The notes beneath the pieces are model-generated. The model saw nothing but the letters and a program-made list of their open reading frames with translations. It made no database searches and was not told where the DNA came from. Positions 1 through 11,846 of a stretch of DNA of 64,000 nt are shown piece by piece (within the stretch, counting starts at the first letter, position 1; the number at the start of each line of letters is the position of its first letter). The position numbers and the translations under genes were made by a program. The DNA comes from Paecilomyces variotii (lineage: Eukaryota), in assembly GCA_004022145.1 (NCBI GenBank), contig RCNU01000011.1. One strand, written 5' to 3'.

Positions 1-1
1 T

Positions 2-61
2 CGCCATGGGAAGAATGTTGATGGGACTGGTTACGATCGCGGAGAAAGGGTGGTTAAGTAG
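2..61 (+). CDS. Possible 3' end of a gene entering from the left edge (RHGKNVDGTGYDRGERVVK*)
   Basis: Short open frame ending in TAG at 59-61, followed by T-rich, 3'UTR-like sequence. No family is recognisable. Confidence 0.2.
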   Translation, partial: RHGKNVDGTGYDRGERVVK

Positions 62-660
62 GTATCTGATCTATCAGCGCTCTTCGCATGCTATGCTATG
101 TGCTGTTTAAGCAGGCGTGGTGTACTTTGCGTAGACGGGTAGTTGGGGGATGGATTGAAGGATATTTCCTATCTTTGACTTTTTTTTTTTTTTTTTGAGT
201 CTGGTTTATGTACTTAATAACAAGCAAGTGATTTTGAGGTTCAGCCTCTCTCGAATATCTAAACTTGAGCATGGTGTTTGAAATATGACAACATTATATC
301 ATATTCACTTATAAGAACAGAGCTAAATATAGTCCCTCTGAATAGAAAACGCAATTGTTTAACGTAATTAAGTCTGCGAAACCGACCAAGGGAAGATACC
401 ACTCTAACTAGTTAGTTTATATGTCTATATCGGGATCATTGCACAGAAGCTCGAACCGGAGGGCATACGTGTCAGATTTAGTCATTAGTCACTTTCTAGG
501 GGAAGTTCTGTTTCAGGGTTTATTTGGTATGCGTGTTGTCTTCTGGTTGCAATTTGTCGGCATGTTGTTGTTTCAGAATGTTGGTATCTGAATTTGGGAT
601 GTTTGGTATTTGCTTATTTTTCCGTTAAGTATCGGGGGTTTAGGATCTGATGCTTTCTAG

Positions 661-715
661 AAAAGAAGAAGAAGAAGAAGAAGAAAAGGAAAAGGAGAAG
701 AAGGAGAAGAAGGAC
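661..715 (+). repeat. Purine-only (GAA)n/(GGAGAA) microsatellite
   Basis: Directly visible run aaaagaagaagaagaagaagaagaaaaggaaaaggagaagaaggagaagaagg. Confidence 0.85.
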
Positions 716-1447
716 GAACCCATGGGATATTTTAAAAAGCAGTTTACTATTTCATAAAAGGCATGTCTTCACATACATACATACAGTACATACTTCATTA
801 CGCCCAATCGACTACAGTACATCTATGCAGTTTCACCATAATTTGGCCCGATGATCTCCCTGTCGCGGGAAATGTATCTGAATAGCAAATAATGCTTAGA
901 GTTTCACGGATCTAACTAAACATAGGAATCACAGTCAAGCTTTTCCCGACCCACTTGAGCATGTCAATCGTCCGAACGATCCCAGAATAGCATCGCCATC
1001 AGCTACCAATAGACTGGAGAATTTCTAGATTCGTACCTACTACCGTACCATATGGCACACGTTTCTCCATTGTTGTTGTTGCCCCTAAGCTCCAACGCTC
1101 CGCGGAACTATACTTCTCGCAGCCAATGACGGCGTTCCAGCGACATACTCGTCGATCAGGCTGGGTGCAAGGATCCAATAGCGGACACGTCCATCGGCGA
1201 GCTTCCACAGGAAGACTCTACGTGGCCAATGGTAGGACGTGTGATTGTCAGCATGTATGGATGTCTCCGAGTTCACTGAATAGCTTGGGGTCAAAGCAGT
1301 ATCTCAGCCGTGGTAAATGACGAGTACAGCAGGCAGCCACATGTCTCGTGGAAAAGGAGTCGGGAGGTGGTCAAAATGGATGCGGTCCTGTCTAGCATTC
1401 CATCTTCTTTCCTTCAGAGGAGGATATTGTCTTTTCGTTGATTCAAA

Positions 1448-2921
1448 ATGGTGTCATTAACGTTGTTTACTTTACTGGGTAGGTATTGACCTACAGCTGA
1501 TTTCTGAAAATGCCTCTGACTGTCTGATTGAACAGGCTTCCTGTCCTATCTTGTGGCCCCTGTTGTCGGACAGACGCAATCTACGCCAGGCAGCGTTTTC
1601 ATCCTGCCGTTACAGGGACCATCAAGCAACTACACGTTTGCTGTTAACATCCCTGAGAACTCGGAGGATGTCTATTTTCATCTTTCGGGCCCAACAGAGT
1701 ACTCTTGGATTGCCGTGGGGACCGGCAATCAGATGAAGGATTCGTTGATGATCATTCTCTACTCGAATGAACACGGTGATAGTATGTAGAAATTGTACTG
1801 AGCTGGGTACTTTCATCTATCATGACTGCTGACCCCTTTTAGATGTCACTGTTAGCCCTCGTCTCTGCTCCGGTGAGCAGGAACCGGTTTTCTCTTCCTC
1901 CCTCGATGTGGTCATCTTGCCAGGAAGCGGAATTGCGGACAATACAATGACGGTGAATGCTCGCTGCACAAACTGTTCACACTGGAAGACTGGCTCTCTG
2001 GACTTGCAGTCTACCTCGCAGCCTTGGATCTTTGCTTTGGGCCCAAAGGCTGCAGACAGCATCCTACTCAAGAGCGATTCCAAATCAGCTAGCATCCAGC
2101 GGCACTCTGAATATGGTAAGTGTCGCAGAGATTCCAGTATGGCGAAATTCTTATACTTTTATACTAACACGTTCTTCCAACCAGGGCGGTTCTCCATGAA
2201 CATGAAGCAGGCTACCGGCGGCACAGGTGGAATACCATCGTCCCTGACGACTGCAACCGGCTCCCAACAAGACGGCCACATTTCCCACGACAGTAACTGG
2301 CCGGCCATCATCCACGGTCTGGCTGCCTGCGTCGCGTTCGTTGTTTTCATGCCCCTCGGCGTCATCTTCCTACGGATCTTCCCTTCCAGCGTCCGCTGGC
2401 ACTGGGTCAACCAGACGTTGGCCTCCATCCTAGCCATCGTGGGCATACTATTCGGCTTCTACCTAAGCACAATGTACACGAAGTCAGAATCATTCAATTC
2501 GGCACATCAGATCATAGGAATCATCATTCTCGTCTCCGTGCTCGTGCAGTGGTTCATAGGCTTCTGGCACCATCGTCTCTACAAGCTTTTCCAGCGCTCT
2601 ACATACTACGGCGTGGGACATCGATACTTCGGCCGAGCCGTCATCCTACTTGCGATAGTGAACGGCGGAATAGGACTATCTTGGTCCTCTGCCCTGACGA
2701 AGACGGTCGTGGCTTATTCCATCATCGTGGCTGTTCTCGGTATTCTGACAATTGCTGCTCTTCTCTGGAAGGCAGCAGTCGTCAAGAGACAGACCAGGCT
2801 GAGATTCACAGAGGAACTCGAGCTTCATCAGCAGGAGACAGAGACGAGGTTTAAAAATCCTGACAATTCCTATTCTTCCATTTCCCGCGTGGCCACTGAC
2901 CCGAATGGGCACTTGTGGTGA
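1448..2921 (+). CDS. Cellobiose-dehydrogenase-type cytochrome (DOMON) domain fused to cytochrome b561 membrane domain; putative ferric reductase
   Basis: Four exons (about 1448-1478, 1536-1781, 1843-2115, 2185-2921) with GT..AG introns. Signal peptide MVSLTLFTLLG. DOMON motifs WIAVGTGNQMKDSLM, VSPRL, VNARCTNC and HSEYG (Met/His heme ligands). b561 His motifs IIHG, WHW, SAHQIIG and GHRYFGR lie in TM helices. Confidence 0.85.
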
Positions 2922-3418
2922 GTGGTACTTGTGCTTGGGGTTAAGGGATCTGGTTCTTGAATTTTGTCTTTTTGCATATTACATTGGTCGCGTTACATAG
3001 ATTGAACATTCTTTTACTTAGAAATACAACCAAATGGCCGCATAAATCCTTTCATGACTGAAAGGAAACCCTCGTCCCAATCCTATCCCTGTAGCCTTAC
3101 AAAGATACATGCGGCTAAATCCGGTACTTTGTCACAATAAAAGCACAGTTTCGCTTTCTTTGTTTCTCTAATATCCAATATCGAGCAGTGTCAGCAGCAC
3201 CAATTTCTGGGGAAACCAAGTAAGTAACACCGTAAGCCTCAGGAGCATAATATCCAGAACCTCTCCGTCCCACGACATCAATCAAAATCTGCACTACAAC
3301 GTCCCCATAACCCCACGAATCTCCACAATTGCATCCCCTATACCCATTAGGACCTTCCCTTTGTCCCAAGTGGCGTATACAGCCCAGCCTCGAACAGGAC
3401 AAGGGGTGAATGTTGGGT

Positions 3419-3504
3419 AATCGCCCATCTATCATTGGCTACCCAGCAGTCAACCGCACCAGCTACGTGCCCTGATTGCTTTGAAATTGCTTTCTCCTGA
3501 TTGG
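3419..3504 (-). promoter_or_regulatory. Two CCAAT-N12-RWT bipartite elements (CBC/HapX-type) upstream of the CCC1 gene
   Basis: Plus strand AAT-cgcccatctatc-ATTGG (3419-3438) and AAT-tgctttctcctg-ATTGG (3485-3504). Each spacer is exactly 12 nt. Confidence 0.6.
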
Positions 3505-3742
3505 TCTCCTGTAAAGACGCACTGCGAAGATACTTCATTGTTTCTATAGAGAATTTACAAATCGTACAGAAAGGATAGTGAATGGGAAAGTGTATATAAT
3601 GGGGATGGTCACTATGGGTGTGCTGTTCCGTCCGGAAGGACGAGGATTTGGTTGAATGGCAGGAACATCAAAATATATTATCACTATCGAGTACTGCAAA
3701 GAGGATCCAGATTCCTTCTTATCCAGCTGCCAGAAACATAAC

Positions 3743-4727
3743 ATGGCAGTATACACAGAAAACACCCTCGAAACCGCCTCCCAGCCCCCTCGACTCTATC
3801 ACAGCGCGACAGAAACACACTCTAACGCAGGAGATGTCGTCCGCGACATAATCATCGGCTTTGCCGATGGCTTAACTGTCCCCTTCGCATTAACAGCCGG
3901 GTTATCAAGTCTTGGGTCCTCGAAACTCGTTATCGTGGGCGGTCTCGCTGAGCTTTTTAGCGGTTCCATCTCCATGGGATTGGGGGCTTACTTGGCTGCG
4001 GTGACGGATCGGGATCGGTATCTGGCTGAATTCAAGCGAGAGGAAGAAGAAGTGCGTGTTAAGCCGGAGGATGAGAAGGAGGAGATATATGATATTTTTG
4101 CAAAGTATGGGGTTACGAGAGATGCGTGTCAGGGGGTGGTGGATTATTTGGTTCAGGATGAGGAGGCGTGGTTGCAGGTGAGTAGTATAATATTTTCGCG
4201 GACTATTTCTGTTTCCTGTTGGGGAATTATGGATATATGTTTATATATATATATATATTGTTTTCTATCCATGTTGTTGATGAAGCTAATCGAATCTTTC
4301 TTGTCAAGTTCATGATGGATTTCGAACTCAAACTCGAAAAACCCAATGTTTCCCGCGCATGGATATCTGCTGCGACAATGGGCCTTTCATACTTTATTGG
4401 TATGTTCATTATGCACATGGCTATCCCTCATTACCGACGACTACCTATATATTTGGCAACGGTTGCTAACCCCTAACGAAAACTCCAGGAGGCCTTCTCC
4501 CCATGATCCCCTATTTCGCTATGCACCACGTCGTCGACGCTCTTTTTGCCTCCATCGGAATCACATTTGTGATACTCCTCGTTTTCGGCTTCGTCAAGAA
4601 CTACGTAACCGTCCAGACGAAACGCTCTGGGTTTTACGGTGCGGTGCAGACGCTTTTGGTGGGTGCGTTGGCAGCGGGGACGAGTTATGGGATCGTTTAT
4701 GGGATTGATCATAGTAATTTGCGGTAG
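3743..4727 (+). CDS. CCC1: Vacuolar iron/manganese transporter, VIT1/CCC1 family
   Basis: RDIIIGFADGLTVPFALTAGLSSLG, GGLAELFSGSISMGLGAYL and FMMDFELKL motifs. Introns about 4178-4308 and 4400-4488. An alternative in-frame ATG lies at 3656. Confidence 0.92.
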
Positions 4728-4992
4728 GGGAGGGGAGGGACATTAGTGGGTGTTACTGTAATTCTGGTACATTTGCTACTATATGAGCAACTACATGCTA
4801 TGATCCTAGCGTGTTGTATGATCGAGAAAGAAAGAAAGAAAGGAAGAAAACGCGTCTAACCCAGTTCTTAAATGCAAACGATCTGTAAGCAAACACCATC
4901 CATCCCGCCTCGTGTCCTGAGGTAATAACTGGTTTCGAATAAGGTAACCTTGCAGTATGCATTTGCTGAAATAATAAACAAAATGATGGAAT

Positions 4993-6471
4993 TCATGGCT
5001 GCGATTGAGTCCGTCTATGCTCGTAACACGAGGTGTGAGGCCGGAAGTGGTCAGGCCTTCGTCCGTACACGACAACCCTATTGGCGATCAAGAATCAGAG
5101 GCGTTCTAGAGGAATTGATATACAGGACATTCACTTACAGTTCAAAATATACCCGGTTCGTTTCATCGGATAGTGCTTTCCTGGTCTCTTCCACAAAAGC
5201 GCGAGCTTGACTCGCAGTCCACTGATCAGGTCAGCAATCAAAAGGTTACAGAATCCTTCTTGTTTTCATAGATCGCAGAAGACTCACCCCAAGACACCTC
5301 GTGCCGAGAGCCATTACCCAGCCTTCCATCCCGCTCTCCCAGAATTCCCGATACCAGCGACCAATTTCTTGTAGCTTCGGATCCGAACTCCACATGCCAA
5401 TTGGCCACTTGAATCGTCTCTCGCAGACGTCGACGAACCCAGCCTCCTCTATCGACTCTTTCATCGTCTCACTTATCAACCATGACTTCCCTGTCAAAAC
5501 GCCGCACTTTCTCCAGAAACACTCCCATTGCCGAAATATAGACGCGTGTGGAAGAGGGCCATTGCAGCTATGTGGGATGATGGACATTTCGGCTTGCTCT
5601 ATGTATCCGCCTGGAATGAGGTGTCTTCCACAATATTAGTTCGTGAGAAGTCGCTGGTAAGATGCTGGTATGACTTACTCGAAGCATCTTCGGTAGAGTT
5701 GATTCCAATCAGCTACGCTACCGTAGAGACATCGCATATGTATGACGTCGAATCTTTCTCGGAGCTCTTCGAGATATGTCCACTCTGAGCAGCAGTCGTC
5801 GACTTGGAATCGGAGGTTGGGTTGCACAGGGTTCTCCCAGAGAGGCGAGAGGTCCGTACCTGTGGGGATCGTGTGTCAGCGAACTGTGCAACCTGAGGAA
5901 GAATATTTCCAAACACCCTACCTGTCACCCTGGCTTCTGGGTGTGCATCAGCGAAGTTTCTGGTCAAGAGTTAGTATCTTCCCGGGTGATATGTGAGATT
6001 GGCATACTTACACTGCCCATAATCCGACACCAGTACCTATATCAAGTACATTCCGAGGATCTGTAACAGGTGCCAACAACATCCTATCATCTAATGTACG
6101 ATAGAACAAATGGTGTCTGGGAAATATCAGTATAGGCTCGGATTTCCACCATTTGTTCTTGCCTCAGGGATTGCATACGTTACCGTTTGGTGGTATACAT
6201 CTTTTTCGTCATTCGGACCCCAGTACGATCCGTCTCCTAATGGCCTGTCAGCTCGAATCCACATTGCAGTTAATGAAAGAAGAACATACGATAAGCATGA
6301 TACCGCCTGCCATTCTCATAGCGGTATGATTGAGGAGAAGAAGCAAGCGTCCTAGTGCTGTATAAGGGAATATCAGAATCCGAAAGAAATGTCACCAATA
6401 TGCGAACGCTATCAAAACATCACTCACGACGCATCGCTGTCCAATCGCTGCTCGAAATCATGTGTTGTCAT
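4993..6471 (-). CDS. LaeA-like class I SAM-dependent methyltransferase
   Basis: About nine exons spliced by hand: MTTHDFEQ..., YRYENGRRYHAY, YWGPNDEK, VLDIGTGVGLWA (SAM motif I), TDLSP, FQVDD, FDVIHMRCLYGSVADW, LIPGGYIEQAE, FKWPIGMW, VYGRRP. Stop at 4993-4995. Confidence 0.85.
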
Positions 6472-9400
6472 TTCATCCTGGGAGTCAGTCAGTCTTATGT
6501 ATGCCCAGATCAAGAATAAATCATCTGACGTTATTACAAACTCTGCAAGGTGCGCTGTAGTTCGTAATTGGTCTCCTGCTTTTCTCTGGAACATACATCG
6601 CACCCATAAGCGGGCGTCAATAGATGACTGTCACAGAGCTTCGCTTTCGTTCAAGTTGAAATAGGCTCAAAATGATTGATGAAGGTGGATCTCTTTCGGC
6701 AACGGTCTAGTGTTTGCTTATACCGGAGCGCAACCTGATATGGAAAAGTAACTGATAGTTATCGCGTGCTGCCTGTTGTGTACCAGTGGAAACGACCGAA
6801 GAAGCTGCCTAACCATATGACAAGCAGACTACGGCAGGGGAATATACCGGATCAAGCTGAGGAACTCATCCCGGTAGGCTTAGGGTGGCTGTAAGCATAT
6901 ATACCCTGCATTTTGATCTCCCAGTACGCCGTATGGCTGATTAATAGACCCACAAACAGCTACGATAATAAACTTCTGACCTCCACGCTTCGGAGTAGGA
7001 GCTCCGCGTGCAGGGAATTGTCGATCAGTCGATCCAGCCGTTGAATCCAAGAGAAATGCACCAAGGATTCTAGAGCACCCTTGGAGCAATGGAGAAGATG
7101 CGATCTACCAGCGCCATCTGGAGCTCCCCGAGGTCGTGTCATGACATTGTTTGGTCAGAAGCTATACATATGAATGTAGCGCGACCGTTATGCACCGGAT
7201 AGAGCATGGTAGACTGCGGGTGGCTTTCGGTCCGTGCCAGCAGCTTTCTCGGGTGCGTTTCCCTGGGCGATGGTGGAGTGATGCCCGGTCTCCCTTTGCC
7301 TATCCTGGTATTCGCATTCCAGAGAGGCGGAGATCATAGGAAGCTTTGACAGTGGATCGCAACATGACAGTTGCCGGCTACCTGTTTCAGATTTCTCCAG
7401 CCCCTTGTCATGGCGGACGTTAGGAAATTTAACTCGGGACTGAGACCTTCCAGAATCTCTGGTCTCCATGCTGACGCATACCAACCTTCCACAGGTATTG
7501 TTTCAGGGTCGCACAATCTGGGTTTAAGTGGAAACCAAACACTTGGGTGCAGTTTTGTTTGACATACCCCGTACGGAGTAAATTCTCTTCAAGTCGCAAC
7601 TGCTGATATGGCTGCATGACTGTTAGATGTCACTCTTGCCCGCAGAACTAGAGGCGATAGTATGGCACGTGAAGCATGTCACCTTGTTTCCTCGCTCACG
7701 AGGGCTGGTCAACCGAGAGCTGATCATTGCGAATCCTCGTTACTCTTCTGGACAATCTGCTCTAGCCAATATAGTTTGAACTAGGGGGCGGAGAGAGACA
7801 GTAATGCGAACTTCGATTCGGAAATATAGCCGAGGCAGAGTCCTAACTCCTAAGACATTGGTGGTAGTTATTCAAGGTCGCTATGGCGCATCCGTGCGCC
7901 CTTTCTTGTTCACATCCATAGTTAACAAGAGTCCTGTAAAAAAAGTAACAACTGTTCAGGCAATAATTGTCTGAAAGCTCTTCCTGCGATGGTAGTATGG
8001 ATATGGACGGAGCTCTGGAACCAAGACGGAGGTTTATCGCCGAATTGCTTCACGGGTATTATTAGTTAGTGAGCCGACGGTTTCATGCGCCATAGTTATT
8101 GCCTGCATGTTGGTAAACCGCGTGGAGCAGTCGCGGCGAATTTCATCAGAAGCGAGGTGTCTATAGCAGCGGCCATTAACAGTATCCAGGTCCCCGGAAC
8201 CACTGCAGCCGACCACAATAGACAGGAGTGATAACCAGATATAGGACAAGCCGCAAGACTATTCAAAGTTCTCGGTCGACGATTCCAAACTGAGGCATCT
8301 CTCCGTCCCTCGTTTCTGGATGAGTCCCTGAACATGGGGTGGAGAACGGGGATGAAGATATCGTCCGTAAGGAATAATAGGTGTAGACTTGAGATAGCAG
8401 TCTGCTGGGTCCCATAGGACGCCCAACCATACTGCGCATAGTGGCTTTGCAGAGATATCTAAAGCATCATCTGGTGCGGAGGAAACGCACGGTGTCAAAC
8501 TCGCAGGCCACAAGAGTGAATCCCCAAGGATCAGCGCTGCCGGAAGTGTATTTCCACACCCTGACGTCGAGCGATGCGGATTATCACCTCTAACTGACTC
8601 GTTTAACTGCCATATTTGACTCCTTAAGATGCGATGTCCTGTTTTGAAAAGGAACACATTGACTCCCAGACAGATCTGGAAGGGAGTTGCGCGCACTATT
8701 AACCAAAACGGGTATCCTTCACAGGCGGCACGTCCAAGTTACGGACCGGGCTATCGGTTAGTGCCGAGAACAACGATACATCCTCGGGATCCAGGGCCTT
8801 TATGGTTAGATAGAATATTAAATAGCAAAGGTTGTTTTAACAGGGTGCATCACTAGTTTATGGGGAGAATCCCCCGGGCTTCCGGAGACCGATGTCTTGG
8901 GACCGGACCCGGGACCAAGACTCTGCTTTGCATTCAATAACAGGCCAGCATTCAGTCCCTGCGTGATGCGGGATAACCTTGTGCTAGCAGGTTAGTTAAA
9001 GCATCCTGTGACTAACTCAAATAGTCCTCCATCCAGTTATGAAGAGGAGGGCTACTATTAACTATACCAGCAAAGGTAAGTAGTATGATATATCAAGGAC
9101 CCTTGTGTCTTTTCAGGATCATGTTCTAGTGTTGACAAGAAAGGCAGTTATTTCTTCATTAATCGACAAATATCATAACTTACTAGACCGCTCGTCCAAA
9201 AAGGAGAACTTTCTAGTTTGGTCTCCACGGGTCTGATAACAGACGAATACTAAAAGACAGGACCGCAGCGCCATTCTAACTCCCGACCCATAAATCACGG
9301 TGACAGCAAACTGAAACAAGGAAAATCGTATTATCATGGAAGATTCGACGAAATCGTTTCAAAACCAATCTGATGCCGCATTAATCCCTCCTAATCCCTC

Positions 9401-9516
9401 CTAGTTTGAAGTAACAACACAACAGGTCCAGGGATCATACGCCCTTGGCTTTCCGGGCCATCCGACTTACGGGGGCATTAACAACCCGACAAATAGTCAG
9501 CGGAAGAAGCTGGCAT

Positions 9517-10193
9517 CTAAGGCTTCTCTTCTGCAGGGGCCTTGTTCTGGCGCCACATGATAATACTGCAGATAACGGTGTAAGCAAAGAGGATGCTATT
9601 GGCTTGTCAGTTTATTTCATCGCCGCAACACCGGGATTGTCCGTCATACCAAAGAGCAATGCTGAGTCCCCAGATACTCTTCATCTCAAGGCAGATCGAC
9701 TTGGAGGCACCAATCCAGTCCGTGTACTTCACGGTGCCTCCCTCCTTGTCTAGCAGGCTGCCCAACGTCGTGGTAAAAGCATAGGCGGACGAGTTGGAAC
9801 CGGTCAGTTTGCCGATAACCTTGCAATCAAGGTATGACAACGGCTTTCCCACAGTGACGGCGACGACTATCACTGCGATGAGGACGAGCAAGTCTACTCC
9901 TGCGAAGATGAGAAATGGGAGTATTTTGTCCATGAAGAGGATAACCGTCAAGAAGCAGTACAGGACTGCAATGCAGGTCTAGTTGTAGCATTGTTAAGTC
10001 TAACTCTCGATATCTATAGATTAGATTCATTACTCACCACGCTAAGAGTCCCAATCAGAACATTTGGGGGCTTCACATGGCTATTGACCATTTCCGCAAC
10101 GAAGTTGGCAGTCATTCCAATGATGGCGATCAGGCTCATCCCCTGGAAAGCCCGCGCATAAAGGTAACTCAAGCCAACAGCACCGTGATTCAT
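9517..10193 (-). CDS. Four-TM membrane protein, MARVEL-like
   Basis: Three exons: MNHGAVGLSYLYARAFQGMSLIAIIGMTANF..., ...VVAVTVGKPLSYLDC...CLEMKSIWGLSIALC, ILFAYTVICSIIMWRQNKAPAEEKP*. Canonical introns. Confidence 0.75.
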
Positions 10194-11846
10194 TTTTATA
10201 TTTCTGTATGGAAAAGAAAGAAGAAATCTCAAGAAAGATGGACTCTTCAGAGAGATGTAAGTGTCTGCCGTGGATAGAGATTGTAGAATGTAGCTGACAA
10301 TTGGCTGTGCGGTCAAGTATAAAAGGAACGTCTTGCCAGAAGAGCAAATAATAAATGAGTGTCTTTCAGCTACTCAAACGATAACAAACAAACAGACAAT
10401 AAAAGAAAATATCGCGATCGAGATCTGGTTGATATGAGTAATGATTGCTTGGAGACAAAGCAGCCGACCAGGACAGGTTCTTTAAATATACAAGACCGCC
10501 CATTGTAGAGATGAATCCAAAAATAAAAGCTATGATTCTAGACCCTTTCCTGGGCCTAGACTCAGCATCGACATCTGCATCCGCAAACTGACCTGAAGCT
10601 GTGAGCTTGTAGAGCTCTTTGGCGTTAACTCTACTTTGCGCCGGGACTCCCCCAGTCACAGCGCGGGAAGCACCAAACACCAGCGGGAGAGCAACATTGC
10701 CAGAGCTCCAAAAATAAGAACCGCCCAATTTCCCCACCACGGCGCTTCGACGCTAGATTCTCCCCAGATCTTCTTGACCAACCGATCAAGATGCATGAAG
10801 ATGGCTGATACGTCTGTCCTGACGAGCTATGAGCTCTACAACGCCAGGTATTGGTAGATATCCCGTTTCATATTCCCCGGTTTCGGCCAGCTTCCAGCTC
10901 ATCAAGTCGGACACGAGCCTCGGTCCTCTGGGCTTGGATTACTCTGGCAAACGACGGTATGAGCAGGCGCCGTACTGCGTAGATCACAGCGCCTGTCTTG
11001 GAGACTCTCTAAAAGGAGTTGTTCAGCCAATGATTACTTTGATGCTAGATTCAGGTACCGCACTGCATACCGTCTCTTGGAGGTACTTACATGTTGAAGC
11101 AAACAGGCTAGCCGGAACAACGCCAATGGATATTATGATCCGGAAATAAATGATCGATGATAGGTAGCTCTGTTCGCTATGACCGTTACTGAGGTCCCGA
11201 ATGCAGAGGTTAACACTTTGCTCTCCTGCGCTTGGTTTGTGGCAGAATAGGATGAGGTCTTTGTGTACGTTTGGTATTTTTATACGGGCAATATGGTGTC
11301 TAGGAGGTCGCCAGCGGTGAAATGGAACTATGGAAAGATCACGGATCATATCGAGAAACTTAGGAGGTGCTATGGTATTAACCATCCTCTGGTAAGCTAT
11401 ATCTACTCGGTGGTCATCACGATACTACTTCATTGACTCTTGTCCCAGGATAATAAACGATGCAGCTCCACGGAATTGTATCACGGATCTTTCTTGTCGG
11501 TCTTTCATACATAACGCAGTTCCGAGGGCATTTGCCAATTAATTCCAGAGCCCTTTTCGGGAACAATGACGCTATTCCCGATAGGCATACTTATTGTACT
11601 TAGGAGATCTAGCGGGCATCTCAACAGCCGAAACACCGAACAAACTCAAGTCAAGATGCTCGTATTTTTTAAGAGGCATCATCCCTACGGAGAAACAAAA
11701 GTAGAATTCGGTTAGTGTCTTTACTCGTCTAGTATCATGGAATCTTCTTGACGAAAGCTTGTTCTCTAATAAAGCTTGTCTCCTACCCACAGCCACCATC
11801 ATAGGCAGCAAAGACACAGGTCTTGAGCGGAAACACCCCAAACATT

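Noticed and set aside
6500-9450. Many 60-145 aa ORFs in a 3-kb gap
   Set aside because: No recognisable domains, splice structure or transposon hallmarks.
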